From a virus: a stretch of DNA of 64,000 bases. Position numbers and translations under genes: made by a program. Shown one piece after another: positions 25,301 to 35,153 of the stretch. The stretch covers positions 70-64,069 of the IMG/VR virus record IMGVR_UViG_2627853991_000003. One strand, written 5' to 3'. Position 1 is the first letter of the stretch. The number at the start of each line of letters is the position of its first letter. Under the pieces are notes generated by a model. That model saw only the letters and a list, made by a program, of their open reading frames with translations. It did not search any database and was not told where the DNA came from.

Positions 25301-26399
25301 CTTGCGCGTTCTGAAGCTTCGCCGCCGCGGCAGCGCGATCGCCCTGCGCTTTGGCGAGCGCTGCCTGCGCCGCCTCGTGTTGCTTGATCGTCTCCTCGAC
25401 GAGCGCTCGCCGGGCGCCGACCCACGCTGTCGCCGCCTGCGTCGCCGCGACTGCGGATTGCCCAAAGTACACGGCAATCCGCCCGGCCGCGAGCGACACG
25501 CCGAGTTTCACGATGCCGTCGAGGTGCTCTGCGACGTACGTGATCCCCTGCGCAAGCCTCGCGCTCGCGCCCGTCGCTTGATCCGACTCGCCGATATACT
25601 TGACGATCTCCGTCTGCAGGCGCGTCATCGTCTGCCCGACCGTCGTCTGCATTTTCTCGAACAGCGTATCCGTGCCGCCCGCCGCGCGCGTCAGCGCCTC
25701 GACGAGATTACCGACGGTCAGCTTTCCCTCTTCGGCCATCGATTTGAGCTGCGCCGAACTCTTGCCCATGCCGCGCGCGATAGCATCCGCGACACCCGGC
25801 AACTCTTCGAGCACGCTATTCAGATCCTGACCGCGCAACTGCCCCGCCGCGAACGCTTGTCCAAGCTGCACGAGCCCCATACGAGCAGTATCTGCCGAGA
25901 CACCCGACAACGCGACCGCCTTGCTGATCGTGGTGACAAGCGGGCCGACCTGTTTGATAGACAACCCGAGATGCGACGCGTTGTTTGCGATCCGCTGATA
26001 CAGCTCGGCTGTCGCGTCGAGCGGTTGCCGTGTGTCGCGTGCGATGCGCAGCACGTCGTTCTGCGCAATCGCGAAATCGATCTGGTCACGCGTGACGATC
26101 CGAAGGCGATTGCTCAGGTTCGTCCATTCGTCGGCGTACTCGATCAACTGATGCACGCCGAACGCCGCTGCGGCGGCTTGTGCGTATTCGCGGATCGAAC
26201 TGCGCGCCGCGTCGAGCGCGCGCACCGTGACCTGCACGCTTGCGGCGTTCGAGGCAAACGCCGCATCCGCTGTGCGCCCGCCGTCGCGCACCGCATTGAA
26301 ATACGAGCCGGCCGTCGACGAGAGACCGCGCATGCGGCGGTCGTATTCGGTCGTATTCGCCGTAACGCTGACGATCAGCTCGCGAAGGCTTGTTGCCAT
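22335..26399 (-). CDS. Tail tape measure protein (1354 aa)
   Basis: Very long Ala/coiled-coil-rich ORF between G-T and M. C-terminal Gly-rich tail. Confidence 0.85.
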   Translation of the reverse strand: MATSLRELIVSVTANTTEYDRRMRGLSSTAGSYFNAVRDGGRTADAAFASNAASVQVTVRALDAARSSIREYAQAAAAAFGVHQLIEYADEWTNLSNRLRIVTRDQIDFAIAQNDVLRIARDTRQPLDATAELYQRIANNASHLGLSIKQVGPLVTTISKAVALSGVSADTARMGLVQLGQAFAAGQLRGQDLNSVLEELPGVADAIARGMGKSSAQLKSMAEEGKLTVGNLVEALTRAAGGTDTLFEKMQTTVGQTMTRLQTEIVKYIGESDQATGASARLAQGITYVAEHLDGIVKLGVSLAAGRIAVYFGQSAVAATQAATAWVGARRALVEETIKQHEAAQAALAKAQGDRAAAAAKLQNAQAAEASAQAELAGMRAMRESLAMQSALTAGSIKYTEAKLAEARAVEATAQAHVATARANVAGSQEIGARITGTPYAAIIARETAAAQQELERAEASLALAQQRRTALEAAAKQGTIDKARYTASLAETDRGLAQAERDVALATQARERAERAATATAAGLKTATESAATAQTALARTGTMMRSVGSGLLAAVGGLPGILATVGTVALGAAANWLLFRDNASSATSSLIDMQAPLDQIIDKYRQLTPLLQESERLRTKQEASRAADDAQSAYRSLATRAAQSVMVPTFGDAPSVVSDADQAALDRFLAGLDRLKTSNLGVDEKSREIGRLIDRFVSATSGGEALREELVRAAGAIDTAGLASQKGAQALAAMDAAARGAAEGVRLLSDANNFFAGGMASEAWEKYVHKLREESDVIGMTARQKAEYEARTKGANDAQARMAGLVAGRADAYKSLEKAIADKDAKAAAGARTNIDNLTRELALMNQQMVVAKALEEFQADLSSKKFEKFGFNADAARAAAAARGKQAFDETVASASAQTARVSTNAAAARAAKGGGVHSLESERMLDNIRQRIAQLRVEAVATDKLTQSQKDLLAFDQKVTDLRSKRKKLSDDDKSLLRDQQAIRGMYEQASQLEKEVRYRDAINKLKERSAQIDAELGDYAAERQRDVQRELGAMSMGDNARELNQAINRVGDEFRRRRDELTKGARKDGTLGSPEYIAEIERINTAEAEQVARERGYLEQRLALQADWRVGVKRAMAVYQESAQNAAQMAEEALTSSFRNAEDALVSFAASGKLNFRGLIDSMIADLARFSARAAMSQVFGAIGSALGFGGVSDAVGALGGAASAAVGSNAYGFHLATGGAVWGPGTSTSDSIPAQLSNGEFVVRAAVVSQPGVRAHLERLNAGGRSGFARFAAGGLVGGSAGGGDSPARNGGISVSAPVSIEGGSSNPASLIAVGEFRKMLEQMIRELIQRERRQGGTLWRAQNGIAG

Positions 26400-26412
26400 A
26401 GTGTGTTCTCGC

Positions 26413-27167
26413 CTACTTCGCCATGCGCATCAGGGCGGCTTGAAACGGATCGCCGCCCCCTTCCTCTCCCTCCGCCGTCGCGGGCTCGCCGGACCATCTT
26501 GGCATCATGTCCGACACCTTGACCTTTGCGCCCTGCGACTGAAACGCCGCCGCCGCGATCATCGCCGCATGCAGATCCGCACGATCATCTGCAACCGGCG
26601 ATTCCGCGTCGTACCCGATCCAGAGACTCAGCTCGGCGGATGACATCTGCTCGCACAGCTCGGCCAACGTCTTGCCGAGCCGCAGCGCGAGCGACATCAG
26701 GAAGCGGAGGCCTGGGGTTCGGCAGAAGGCTTTTTTGCGTCTTCGACCGGGTCGACGTCGAGCTTGCCGAATTCGAGCGCCTTCACGACGATGCGGTTGT
26801 GCACGGGGCCGAACGCAGCCGCGACCGCGGTTGCATCGTCGTCCGAGAATAGCCGCCGCCAACCATCCGGCATTTCACCGAACACGACACGAACGAACAG
26901 CCGCGCATTCGCCTGCATGTGCGCGTCGTCGCTCGCGCGTGTGAACTTCTCGCGAACCGCCGTTTCGTCGTCGCCCTCCGTTACCCCGGCGATGTCCCGA
27001 AGCGCTTCGATCCAGAACATGCGGTCGCCGACCGTCGGCTCGCGCACTGCGATCTTTTCGCCATTCCATTCCGGTATGTTCATCAATTCGTACCGCCAAC
27101 CGGTCAGCGGGTTCAGCACCGCTGCACGCAGGCTCGTCACGCCTTGGTTTTCGTTTTCCATGCTCAT
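26413..27167 (-). CDS. Tail assembly chaperone G-T fusion made by -1 programmed frameshift at AAAAAAG (about 26730-26736)
   Basis: The -1 frame after GCA-AAA-AAG continues ...KKAFCRTPGLRFLMSLALRLGKTLAEL..., a gpT-like domain. ORF 26413..26862 has no independent start context. Confidence 0.6.
26697..27167 (-). CDS. Tail assembly chaperone (lambda gpG analogue)
   Basis: It lies between the major tail and tape measure genes and ends ...DAKKPSAEPQASAS. Confidence 0.65.
   Translation of the reverse strand: MSMENENQGVTSLRAAVLNPLTGWRYELMNIPEWNGEKIAVREPTVGDRMFWIEALRDIAGVTEGDDETAVREKFTRASDDAHMQANARLFVRVVFGEMPDGWRRLFSDDDATAVAAAFGPVHNRIVVKALEFGKLDVDPVEDAKKPSAEPQASAS
26730..26736 (-). promoter_or_regulatory. 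Slippery heptamer A-AAA-AAG for the G/G-T -1 frameshift
   Basis: The plus strand reads CTTTTTT at 26730-26736, so the minus strand reads AAAAAAG, in the last 15 codons of G. Confidence 0.55.
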
Positions 27168-27188
27168 TTCCTATCTGCGATCGGGGAG

Positions 27189-27647
27189 TTACGCCGCCAG
27201 CGGTGGCACGATCTTCGGCGAGCCGCTCACGCGCACGCTGTACGTCGTCGAAATCAGCCCATTGACCGACGCCGCCCACGTGTACTGACGCACCATGCCG
27301 GCGAACAGAAACTGCGATTTGTCGGCGAACGTGACACGGAACACGTGCTTTTCGCCTGTCGCGCGCGCGGCACGCAGAATGTTCTGCCCTTCGTCGTTCG
27401 ATTGGTAATTGCCGTCGACCGAGAACTCGCCCGGATCGGGCAAGCCGAGCTCCGATTCCTTTTCGTCGCTCGCGAACGTCGTCGCGTCGATTTCTTCCGA
27501 CTGCCCGCCCTGCCACTGAATCTGTTTGCCCGTCGTACTAAGATCGACGAATACCAGATCGGCCGCGTCGAGATCGGTCGACGCAACTTTCGACACCTCG
27601 ACCTTGGTTCCCTGCGCCTTGGTGCGCTTGCTCTTCTCTGCTGCCAT
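27189..27647 (-). CDS. Major tail protein (lambda gpV-like)
   Basis: Start MAAEKSKRTKAQGTKVEVSKV... About 150 aa with a beta-rich body, directly upstream of G. Confidence 0.7.
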   Translation of the reverse strand: MAAEKSKRTKAQGTKVEVSKVASTDLDAADLVFVDLSTTGKQIQWQGGQSEEIDATTFASDEKESELGLPDPGEFSVDGNYQSNDEGQNILRAARATGEKHVFRVTFADKSQFLFAGMVRQYTWAASVNGLISTTYSVRVSGSPKIVPPLAA

Positions 27648-27708
27648 ATACCCCTCACAAAAGAAAAAGCCCGCACGCGGCGGGCCAAATGAATTGTCGT
27701 GGTGCCGG

Positions 27709-28056
27709 TCAAAACTCGACCGATAGTTCCAAGCTGATACGGAATAGTCCCGTGTCCTCCGAATAGTCGTCCGGCAACTCGTCGACACCTCCGACCGAGA
27801 ACCGATCCTGAACCGACATCGCACGATCGACTGCCAAGTCGGCGAGCCGATCGGCGTCGGTGAACGTCGGCGCGTAGCAGTCGATCTGATAGGAACCGGA
27901 ACGGCCGCCAGTCAGCCCGGCGAGCGCCATGTCGAGCGCGCCATGTACGCGCGTCACGACGAAATACGGCGCTGGCGCCTTCTCCGGTGCGACGCCGAGA
28001 TACCCCTTCGCACCACCTATGCCCTGCAAGGCGTCACGGATTACGATTGCGCTCAA
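27709..28056 (-). CDS. Tail completion/terminator-like protein (DUF3168-like)
   Basis: Position between the head-tail joining genes and the major tail gene. About 115 aa. Confidence 0.5.
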   Translation of the reverse strand: MSAIVIRDALQGIGGAKGYLGVAPEKAPAPYFVVTRVHGALDMALAGLTGGRSGSYQIDCYAPTFTDADRLADLAVDRAMSVQDRFSVGGVDELPDDYSEDTGLFRISLELSVEF

Positions 28057-28475
28057 CGCCGGCCTCCAAGCAGTTGATCGATAGCGCGCGCGAATTCCGT
28101 ACGCACTGCAGCCTCCGCTTCATCAATCGATTCGTCGAAACCTGGTCTAGCGAACGGCTGCGCTTGCATGTGCTGCGTCCCCAGCTCAACGAATCGCCAA
28201 TGGAACGCGTTGTTCGGCGAATCAGCCTTGCCCTGTGTTCGCACGCGCATCCCCGCCACCGCGATGCCCTGCCCATCCTTCTGTTTCAGTGGCGCCGCGA
28301 CGATATTGCGGCGCAGCTTCCCCGACTTCTTCGGCGCGCGCTTTCTCGCCGCGCGGGTGATGACGCGCGCGCCCGCCATAGTCGCCTTCCGGAGTACCGA
28401 CCGAGATTGCGCCTTTGCCAGTTTCGCGAAATCAGCCTGCAGGTCGTTTAAACCGATGATCTGCACGCTAGACAT
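28053..28475 (-). CDS. HK97 gp10-like head-tail joining protein
   Basis: About 140 aa. Gene order and length fit gp10. Confidence 0.5.
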   Translation of the reverse strand: MSSVQIIGLNDLQADFAKLAKAQSRSVLRKATMAGARVITRAARKRAPKKSGKLRRNIVAAPLKQKDGQGIAVAGMRVRTQGKADSPNNAFHWRFVELGTQHMQAQPFARPGFDESIDEAEAAVRTEFARAIDQLLGGRR

Positions 28476-28794
28476 ATTTTTCTCCCACCTTCACCGATAG
28501 GTCGAGATACCCCCGTTTGCGCGCGGGCAGTACGGCCGTGATGTCGTAGAGCCGGCCGTCGTAGCGAACGCGCATCTGCTCGTCGATACCGGCTCGATAG
28601 CGGATGCGCATGCTCGCGATCGTTGCACCACGAACCGCGCCGGAGATGACGTGCTCCTTTCCGTTCAGAAAGAGAACATCGGCCCACGGCCGCGCATGCA
28701 CGATCCACGCTCCCGGAATCGGCTCATCGTTCTCATTCGTCTCACCGCTCGGCCGCTCGATGACGATCCGCTCCTTCAATTTTCCCGTTTTCAT
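28468..28794 (-). CDS. Head-tail adaptor/head closure protein
   Basis: MKTGKLKERIVIERP...DGRLYDITAV is the typical head-closure pattern. ATGA overlap with the upstream gene. Confidence 0.6.
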   Translation of the reverse strand: MKTGKLKERIVIERPSGETNENDEPIPGAWIVHARPWADVLFLNGKEHVISGAVRGATIASMRIRYRAGIDEQMRVRYDGRLYDITAVLPARKRGYLDLSVKVGEKYV

Positions 28795-29360
28795 CAGAAC
28801 CTCGGCGGAACAGTGATCGGATTGAGCAGGACGTCGGCATATCCGCCCGGCATTTCTCCTATGGGCTGCCCCTCCGAGAAGAGCTCTCGATGGTCGTAGG
28901 CCCATGCGGCTGCGAGCAGCATCCAAGTTCGCACCGACGGGTATCGCGCAAGGTCGACGCCTGCCTGGTACGTGATCGTCACGGCGCGCGCGAAAGGCCA
29001 ACGCGCTTGCCCCTCGGGAACAAGAAGCGCCTCTCGCCCCAACTGAACAAGCTCGAAGGCGTCGGCGTCGAGCGTCGTTGTCGCTCCCGATGCATCGCGG
29101 ATCTCAATGCTGTCGACGCGGATAACCTGCCCGACAGACAATGAAATCTCGGCAAGCGGAAACCCCGACAGGCGCTCCACGTAGCGCGCCTTGCGTATCG
29201 CCGCGCCAGACTTGCTCTCGGCCGCTTGCCGCGCGCCGGGGATCACGATGCGCTCGACGAAATCCCGTTCGTCGTCGTCATCGATGCGGCACTGAAAGGC
29301 TACCTCCTCGAACGTGAGCGGCTCCGCGTCGTCCAGATATTCGACGAGAACAGCAGCCAT
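28794..29360 (-). CDS. gp6-like head-tail connector protein
   Basis: N-terminal LTFEEVAFQCRIDDDDERDFVERIVIPGARQAAESKSG matches the Phage_connect_1 pattern. Confidence 0.6.
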   Translation of the reverse strand: MAAVLVEYLDDAEPLTFEEVAFQCRIDDDDERDFVERIVIPGARQAAESKSGAAIRKARYVERLSGFPLAEISLSVGQVIRVDSIEIRDASGATTTLDADAFELVQLGREALLVPEGQARWPFARAVTITYQAGVDLARYPSVRTWMLLAAAWAYDHRELFSEGQPIGEMPGGYADVLLNPITVPPRF

Positions 29361-29366
29361 ATCACG

Positions 29367-29552
29367 TTACCCCTTCGCTAAGGTGGGCTTGGCACTCTCG
29401 CCCTTCGCCGATACTTTTGCGCTCTTCGCATCCGCCTCATGAGCCGACGCAATATCGGCATCGACGAGTTTGTCCGCATGCTCGTCATCGAACCCTGCGA
29501 TGTCGCCGGGCGTGTACTTCCCGTAATGCCGCTCGAACTTGACCACTTTCAT
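29367..29552 (-). CDS. Small head-associated protein (61 aa), unknown
   Basis: Lys/Ala-rich ORF immediately downstream of the capsid gene. Confidence 0.35.
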   Translation of the reverse strand: MKVVKFERHYGKYTPGDIAGFDDEHADKLVDADIASAHEADAKSAKVSAKGESAKPTLAKG

Positions 29553-29611
29553 GTTTCTCTCCGATGCGCGGCCCGCTTACAAACGGGCGGACCGCGCGAT
29601 TGCGACTTCGC

Positions 29612-30919
29612 TTACGCGCCCCAGGCCACGCCGGACAGCACCGCGATCGACTCGACGTGACGCGGGCCGAAGTCGTTCTTTGCGATCACCCGGATCAGCG
29701 TCTGGTCGCGCTGAAACGCACTGACCATGTGACCATCGGCGTCCTTGTAGGTGGCTTCCTTGCTGTAGTCGATCTCCAGCGTTTCTTCCTCGCCGATGAA
29801 GACGTCGCCGAAGTCGGTGAAATAGATCTCCGACTCTTTGCCGGCTTCACCGAGATTGATCGGCACTTGCGTGGTTTTGCCTACCGGGTAGCCCTTCAGC
29901 ATGCCGTTGGCGAGTTCCGGATAGACCTTGTTGCCGTTCCCGTCACGCAGACCTTCGAGGAAGCGGAACGTACGCGGGGCCATGATCCAGCCAGGCTGCG
30001 TCAGATTGGCGTCGGCATTTTCGAGCGCGAGAATGGCTTTGCCGAGGTCCGTTTCGATCTTCTGCAACGTCGAGCCGTCGCTTGCCGTAATGACGTTACC
30101 GGGGAGTGCCCAGAAGCGGAGGCCCTTCGGCGTGTTTGCCGTGCCGTCGTCGCGAATAAACGCCTTGTCTTCGCGTGCACCGATCGCCGCGGTGAGGTCG
30201 CCAACCACGATCTGATCGACGTTCGGATTCACGCCGGCGTACTTGATGAGATCGTTGGCGATTGGTACCAGCGCAGCCATCTTCTTCGCCGTCAGTTTCA
30301 AATCGTCGAACTGCTGTTGTGTCGTCGGGATATCGGTGTCAGCGCCGATGTAGCCGACGATCGCACCGCCCTTCAGGCGCGGGATAGTGATGTTGCCGTT
30401 CGAGAGCGGCAGCGTGCGCGCGCCGAGCTTGCGAACGACGGACTTCGGACGCAGCAGTTCGATGACCTCGCTCGACAGGTTCTCAGGCACCAGGACGCCG
30501 CCAGCGCCCGGCGAAAGGGTATTAAGCGACATTGCGACTTCTTCGCCGAAACCGCGCTCGATCGCGAGCTTCGAGGCAAGCTGCGCGTCGCCGCGCGCCG
30601 CAGCGAGCGCGCGTACCATGCGCGCCATCTTCGCGCCCTTTACTTCCGGGGCTTTCGGTTGTGCATACACGGGCGCGGCGGCCGGAGCCGTGACGGCAGC
30701 CGGATTCGGGTCAACCGGAACGGCCGCGGCAGCCGCCATGCGTTCAGCGGCTTCCGCGCGTTCGATCTGCGCGGTCAGTTCGTTGAATTTCGAACTGAGT
30801 TGATCGAACTCGGCCTGTTGCTCGACCGACAGCGCCGTGCCACCCACCTCGATTTGTGCCAACGCTTGCACCCGCTGATTGACAGCTGCGCGTTCGCGGC
30901 GAAGTTCATTGACATTCAC
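29612..30919 (-). CDS. Major capsid protein, HK97 fold
   Basis: 435 aa with an N-terminal delta/coiled-coil domain then a capsid body. It is preceded by the protease and portal genes. Confidence 0.85.
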   Translation of the reverse strand: MNVNELRRERAAVNQRVQALAQIEVGGTALSVEQQAEFDQLSSKFNELTAQIERAEAAERMAAAAAVPVDPNPAAVTAPAAAPVYAQPKAPEVKGAKMARMVRALAAARGDAQLASKLAIERGFGEEVAMSLNTLSPGAGGVLVPENLSSEVIELLRPKSVVRKLGARTLPLSNGNITIPRLKGGAIVGYIGADTDIPTTQQQFDDLKLTAKKMAALVPIANDLIKYAGVNPNVDQIVVGDLTAAIGAREDKAFIRDDGTANTPKGLRFWALPGNVITASDGSTLQKIETDLGKAILALENADANLTQPGWIMAPRTFRFLEGLRDGNGNKVYPELANGMLKGYPVGKTTQVPINLGEAGKESEIYFTDFGDVFIGEEETLEIDYSKEATYKDADGHMVSAFQRDQTLIRVIAKNDFGPRHVESIAVLSGVAWGA

Positions 30920-31021
30920 TACTCTTCTCCAAAAAAAATGCCGCCCGAAGGCGGCAGTGCTTGACTGAGACGCGAACGCGCTCCAGTGCAGAATGACGGG
31001 AATCCGATTTCTGACGACTCG

Positions 31022-31990
31022 TTACGTCATGGCCTGCATGTTCATCGCGGCTGCACGGACCGAAACGCTACGGCGCGTGTTCGAGCTTTGACGACCGGCT
31101 CGGGAAGCGCGAACTTCGGCTGCGATGCGATTGATCGCTGCCTGTGGCGTCTCAACGCTGTCCGCGAGCCCAGCCTCAACGCCCTTCTGTCCGAAGAAGA
31201 TGCCCGCCTGCGTGTCCTTTACCGCTTGCGTACTCAAACCACGGAAGTTCGCGATTGCATCGACGAACTGCTTGTAGCTGTTTTGCACCATGCTCGTCAG
31301 GAACGTAAGAGACTGGTCGCTCAGCGGCTCATGAGGCGTGAGATCATTCTTATGGTCCCCGGCAAATACCGACGTCACCTTGATCCCCTGCAGCTCGTCC
31401 CGCTTCGAAACATCGAGATGGTTGGCGATAACGCCAATCGACCCTACGCCCGAAGTGCGGCTGACGATCACCTTCGATGCAGCGGCTGCGATCAGGTAGC
31501 CGCCCGAGAAAGCCGAGAAGTTGACGATTGCTGTGATCGGCTTCATCAACGAGGCAGCGCGGATGTCGTCCGCCAGTTCGAACGCGCCGGTCGCGCTCCC
31601 GCCGTTGCTGTCGATGTCGAGCACGATATGTTCGACGGCCGGATCTGCGACCGCCTGATTCACTGCGGCGCGCAAGCCCTCATAGCTCGTCATCGGCTCG
31701 CAGGGGTTCATGTGTGCGGATCGCGATACGAGAATCCCCGACACCGGAATGATGTCCATGCCGGTATCGGATACCAGGGCACGCCGGCGCTCCGATGCAG
31801 CAGCCATCTGCGCACCGCTTTCGGATTCGTCGTCTTCCATGATCTTCGGCTGCATGCCGTTCACGGTCAGATTGACAATGTTCAAATTGAGCGCGTGATT
31901 CGCCCATTGCACCGCGAGCGACATCATCGGGTCCGTAACGAGCTGTGGCTGATTGAAAATCAGACTTGCCAGTCTGAGGTGCGGTTTCAA
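31022..31990 (-). CDS. Prohead protease/scaffold, S49 (SppA/ClpP-fold) family
   Basis: GILVSRS...IVLDIDSNGGSATGAFELADDI...FSGGYLIAAAASKV is the S49 serine-peptidase core. Confidence 0.75.
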   Translation of the reverse strand: MKPHLRLASLIFNQPQLVTDPMMSLAVQWANHALNLNIVNLTVNGMQPKIMEDDESESGAQMAAASERRRALVSDTGMDIIPVSGILVSRSAHMNPCEPMTSYEGLRAAVNQAVADPAVEHIVLDIDSNGGSATGAFELADDIRAASLMKPITAIVNFSAFSGGYLIAAAASKVIVSRTSGVGSIGVIANHLDVSKRDELQGIKVTSVFAGDHKNDLTPHEPLSDQSLTFLTSMVQNSYKQFVDAIANFRGLSTQAVKDTQAGIFFGQKGVEAGLADSVETPQAAINRIAAEVRASRAGRQSSNTRRSVSVRAAAMNMQAMT

Positions 31991-33246
31991 GAAAGGACCC
32001 TCCTAATTTCGTCGATTGCCGCTTTCGTCGGCTCGGTTTTGCCGACAGGAAGCGGCTGCGGCTTCGACGCGTCGACCATGTTCATCGGACTCAGGTAGAT
32101 GTCGCCGCCCTTGACAGGCGGCATGTTCTCAAGCCGCCGAATGTCGTTGATCGACAGCCAGCCCCACTGGCGTCCGACCGCGTATGCGGCGTAGCGCGAC
32201 GACTGATCTCCTCGCAACAGCCCTCCGAGGTTGTATTCGATGAAGTACTGCTTGCGCTCCGACGGCAACAGGAGATCGCGCGTCTTCGCCTGCTCATGCC
32301 GCTTGACCCACGGCAACAGCGTGTAGATGACGAACTGGAGCGACTGGTGCTCGATGTTGCTGAACGTCGCTCGCTCCAACTCGTTCACCATGTGGGCCGG
32401 AATCTTGTAGATCCGCGCAATATCGAGCGCCGAGAGCCGCAGCGCATCAATCAGTGCCGCGTCAACGTTCGTCATCGACAGTGGCTTGAACGTCATACCC
32501 TCCTGGAGAAGCGCGACTTTCTTCGCGTTTCCAGATCCGCCGAATTTTTCGTTCCAACCATCGGTGATGCGATCCACGCTGGTTTGGTCCTTGAGCGCCG
32601 GGGCATCCTTCGGCCGCTCGATCACACCCGACAGCGCCGTGCCGTTCATGAACGACTTGCCGGCGTACTGCTGGATCGCCTGCGCATACCCGATCGCGTT
32701 CGCATGAAGCAAGACCGGTGACAACCCTGTGTAACCGTTGATCGACATCCAGCGAACGTGATGCACCATCCGCCTCGGCATAGGATCGAACCCATAGACC
32801 CGATAGACCGGCATCAGGTCCGCGCCTTTCATGACCGTGACCGCCTCGTTATCCAGCGGATACAGCCCTTGAATGACACCGTCTTGATCGCGATCGATGA
32901 AGCTGTAGCTGTTGCCGCGAAGACCGGCAGCTACCTGTGACTGCTCCTGAAACTCAAACGGCGTCTGCCACGGATTCGGCTGGTATTTGAGGATCGAATA
33001 CAGGGGATGATCGATCGCCGGCTTTCTGTCGTCGCCCGAGCGTTCGTACAGCTCGATCGGCAACTGCGCGATGCTCTCCGAAAGAAGCGTGACACAGTTT
33101 TGCAGGACCGTCAGCGACAACGCACTTGCGGGGGTGACGACCTGACCGGATTCCGACCGGGAGCGACCTAACAGTGCCGATACCCATCCTCCACCGCCCA
33201 TCTGCGCCTGACCGCCGTTGGACAGCAATTGCCTACTGAAAAACAT
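31987..33246 (-). CDS. Portal protein (HK97 family)
   Basis: 419 aa. Conserved ...GNSYSFI...NGYTGLSPV...ALLQEGMTFKP. Gene order is terL-portal-protease-capsid. Confidence 0.85.
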   Translation of the reverse strand: MFFSRQLLSNGGQAQMGGGGWVSALLGRSRSESGQVVTPASALSLTVLQNCVTLLSESIAQLPIELYERSGDDRKPAIDHPLYSILKYQPNPWQTPFEFQEQSQVAAGLRGNSYSFIDRDQDGVIQGLYPLDNEAVTVMKGADLMPVYRVYGFDPMPRRMVHHVRWMSINGYTGLSPVLLHANAIGYAQAIQQYAGKSFMNGTALSGVIERPKDAPALKDQTSVDRITDGWNEKFGGSGNAKKVALLQEGMTFKPLSMTNVDAALIDALRLSALDIARIYKIPAHMVNELERATFSNIEHQSLQFVIYTLLPWVKRHEQAKTRDLLLPSERKQYFIEYNLGGLLRGDQSSRYAAYAVGRQWGWLSINDIRRLENMPPVKGGDIYLSPMNMVDASKPQPLPVGKTEPTKAAIDEIRRVLS

Positions 33247-33249
33247 GGG

Positions 33250-33435
33250 CTACTCCTTCGACGGGACTGCACGTGCGGCGCGGGCCGACGCCAGATCCGC
33301 CAGAAACGCCCACATCAAAAGCAGGACGCCCGCAACGATCAAGCCGACCGGCAAGCTGATCATTGCCACGCCGGTCACAAGCAACGCAAACCCAAGCAGG
33401 CCTGCCACCCAAGCCGCAATGCCAATTGAATTCAA
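33250..33435 (-). CDS. Small membrane protein (61 aa) between portal and terminase
   Basis: Two hydrophobic helices ([39 protein letters not shown]). Confidence 0.35.
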   Translation of the reverse strand: MNSIGIAAWVAGLLGFALLVTGVAMISLPVGLIVAGVLLLMWAFLADLASARAARAVPSKE

Positions 33436-35153
33436 ACGCCTACTCCTTGATCGTAGATCGACTCAGAATCGACTCGATCGGCCAGCATGGCCCGACCTAT
33501 CGCCATAATCAGCGCAACAGCACCGTCGATTTTGTTGTCGTTACCCTGCTTGATCGGGCGCACCACGTCATCGTTGCCCGGCAGGTTCTTGCCGATGACA
33601 TTGCTGATACACCATGTCATGATCGGGTTGCCGTCGTGATGGAATCGGCCCGCCGTAATCGCCGCCTCAAGCTCCTTCATTGGGTCTGACATGTTCGTGT
33701 AGTTCTGCACGATCGTGACCGGCGTCAGCCCTTCGTCCTCGAGCTGATGAGCCAGATTCGTCGCGCCATGCGGATCGAGCGGAGTACATTGCACCGGGCA
33801 CAACCGGTTCGCATCCTTCGCCTCCTCGAGAATGTCGCGATAGTCGATCTCCGCGCCGTCCGTTTCGAGCAGAACGCCCTGATTGACCCATGCCTGATAT
33901 CGCTCCGCCATACGGCGGTTTTCGGTATTGCGCACAGTGTCTTCGGGCACCCAGAACCGCGGCACAACGCAGAAGTAGTGCCGCCGCCCATCGATGTCGC
34001 GCCAGAAAAGCCGAGCCATGCTGTTCAGGTCGAGTTTGCGCGCCATGTCGAGCGCGAGCACGCAATCTTGCCCCTCGAACTGCTCGAGGGTCAGCGATCG
34101 GTTTTCGCATGCTTTCCAGTCTTCGAGGTTGAAATAGCCAGCCTTGGCCGACGTCCAGACGTTTAAATGCTTCGTCTTAAACGTGTTTGTGAAGCGTGCA
34201 GACTTGATTGCGCGCTGTTGCTGGCTTTCGAGATACTCCTGATAGACCGAGATCCCGATGTTCGGATTGGCTTTCGCCAGCACGCGCGGATCGGTCCAAT
34301 CGTCCCCTTCGTCGATGGTCCAAATCCAGCCGAAGAGCTCGTCGTCGGGCACCGTCCCTTCGAGCATTTCGATCACCTGCCTGCGCTTGTCGAAGCACGG
34401 CCCCTCGATGTTCGCGCCCGCAGTCGTGATGATGAACATGAGCGGCTGTCGACGCGCGCCCATGCCAGTCAGCATCGTTTCGTACAATGCCGCGCTGTCG
34501 TGCTCGTGATACTCGTCTACGATCGCACACGACGGCGACGCGCCATCGCCCGGGTTGCCGATGATCGGCTCAAACCGGCTGCCGTCGGCTGGCTTGTTCA
34601 TGTTCGAGGCATTCACCTCGATTCCAGCCGACTCAATCAGCATGGGCGAACGCTTGACCATCAGCTGTGCCGGACGAAATACCTCCCACGCCTGCTTTTC
34701 GGTCGTCGCGCCCGCATATACCTCCGCACCGAACTCGTCGTCGAGGACGAACATACCGATGCCAACGCCCGCGGCAATCACCGATTTGCCGTTCTTTCTC
34801 GGGACCTCCCAGTAGCTTTCTCGAAACCGGCGCTTGCCGGTGCGCTTATTAAGCCATCCGAACGTCGCCATCAGGCCGAACTTCTGCCACGGCTCCAGCG
34901 TTACCAGTTGCCCCTTGAACGCCCACTCGCCCTTCGTGTGCGGCAGCAGCTCAATGAGTGCGAGCTTCCGCTCGGCCACCTCCGGATCGAACTTCCAGCG
35001 GAAGTCCTTCTTTCGGCTCGCAGCAAGGTCGTCAAGGTGGCGCTTGCAAGCGAGTTGCACATACCGACAAGCGGAGCGCTTGCCCCGAACGACTTCTCGC
35101 GCGAACTTGAGCCCTTGCTCTACGCGCGGGAAATTCGTCGCCATGTCTTCCAA
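33432..35153 (-). CDS. Terminase large subunit
   Basis: 573 aa. Walker A-like ...[19 protein letters not shown], a nuclease-domain acidic cluster, and position next to terS. Confidence 0.9.
   Translation of the reverse strand: MEDMATNFPRVEQGLKFAREVVRGKRSACRYVQLACKRHLDDLAASRKKDFRWKFDPEVAERKLALIELLPHTKGEWAFKGQLVTLEPWQKFGLMATFGWLNKRTGKRRFRESYWEVPRKNGKSVIAAGVGIGMFVLDDEFGAEVYAGATTEKQAWEVFRPAQLMVKRSPMLIESAGIEVNASNMNKPADGSRFEPIIGNPGDGASPSCAIVDEYHEHDSAALYETMLTGMGARRQPLMFIITTAGANIEGPCFDKRRQVIEMLEGTVPDDELFGWIWTIDEGDDWTDPRVLAKANPNIGISVYQEYLESQQQRAIKSARFTNTFKTKHLNVWTSAKAGYFNLEDWKACENRSLTLEQFEGQDCVLALDMARKLDLNSMARLFWRDIDGRRHYFCVVPRFWVPEDTVRNTENRRMAERYQAWVNQGVLLETDGAEIDYRDILEEAKDANRLCPVQCTPLDPHGATNLAHQLEDEGLTPVTIVQNYTNMSDPMKELEAAITAGRFHHDGNPIMTWCISNVIGKNLPGNDDVVRPIKQGNDNKIDGAVALIMAIGRAMLADRVDSESIYDQGVGV

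Noticed and set aside
22203-26522. Plus-strand ORFs 22203..24563 (786 aa) and 25302..26522 (406 aa)
   Set aside because: Antisense to the tape measure gene. Extremely Arg/Leu-rich and non-protein-like.
29564-32098. Plus-strand ORFs 29564..30964 and 30986..32098
   Set aside because: Antisense to the capsid and protease genes. Composition artefacts of GC-rich DNA.
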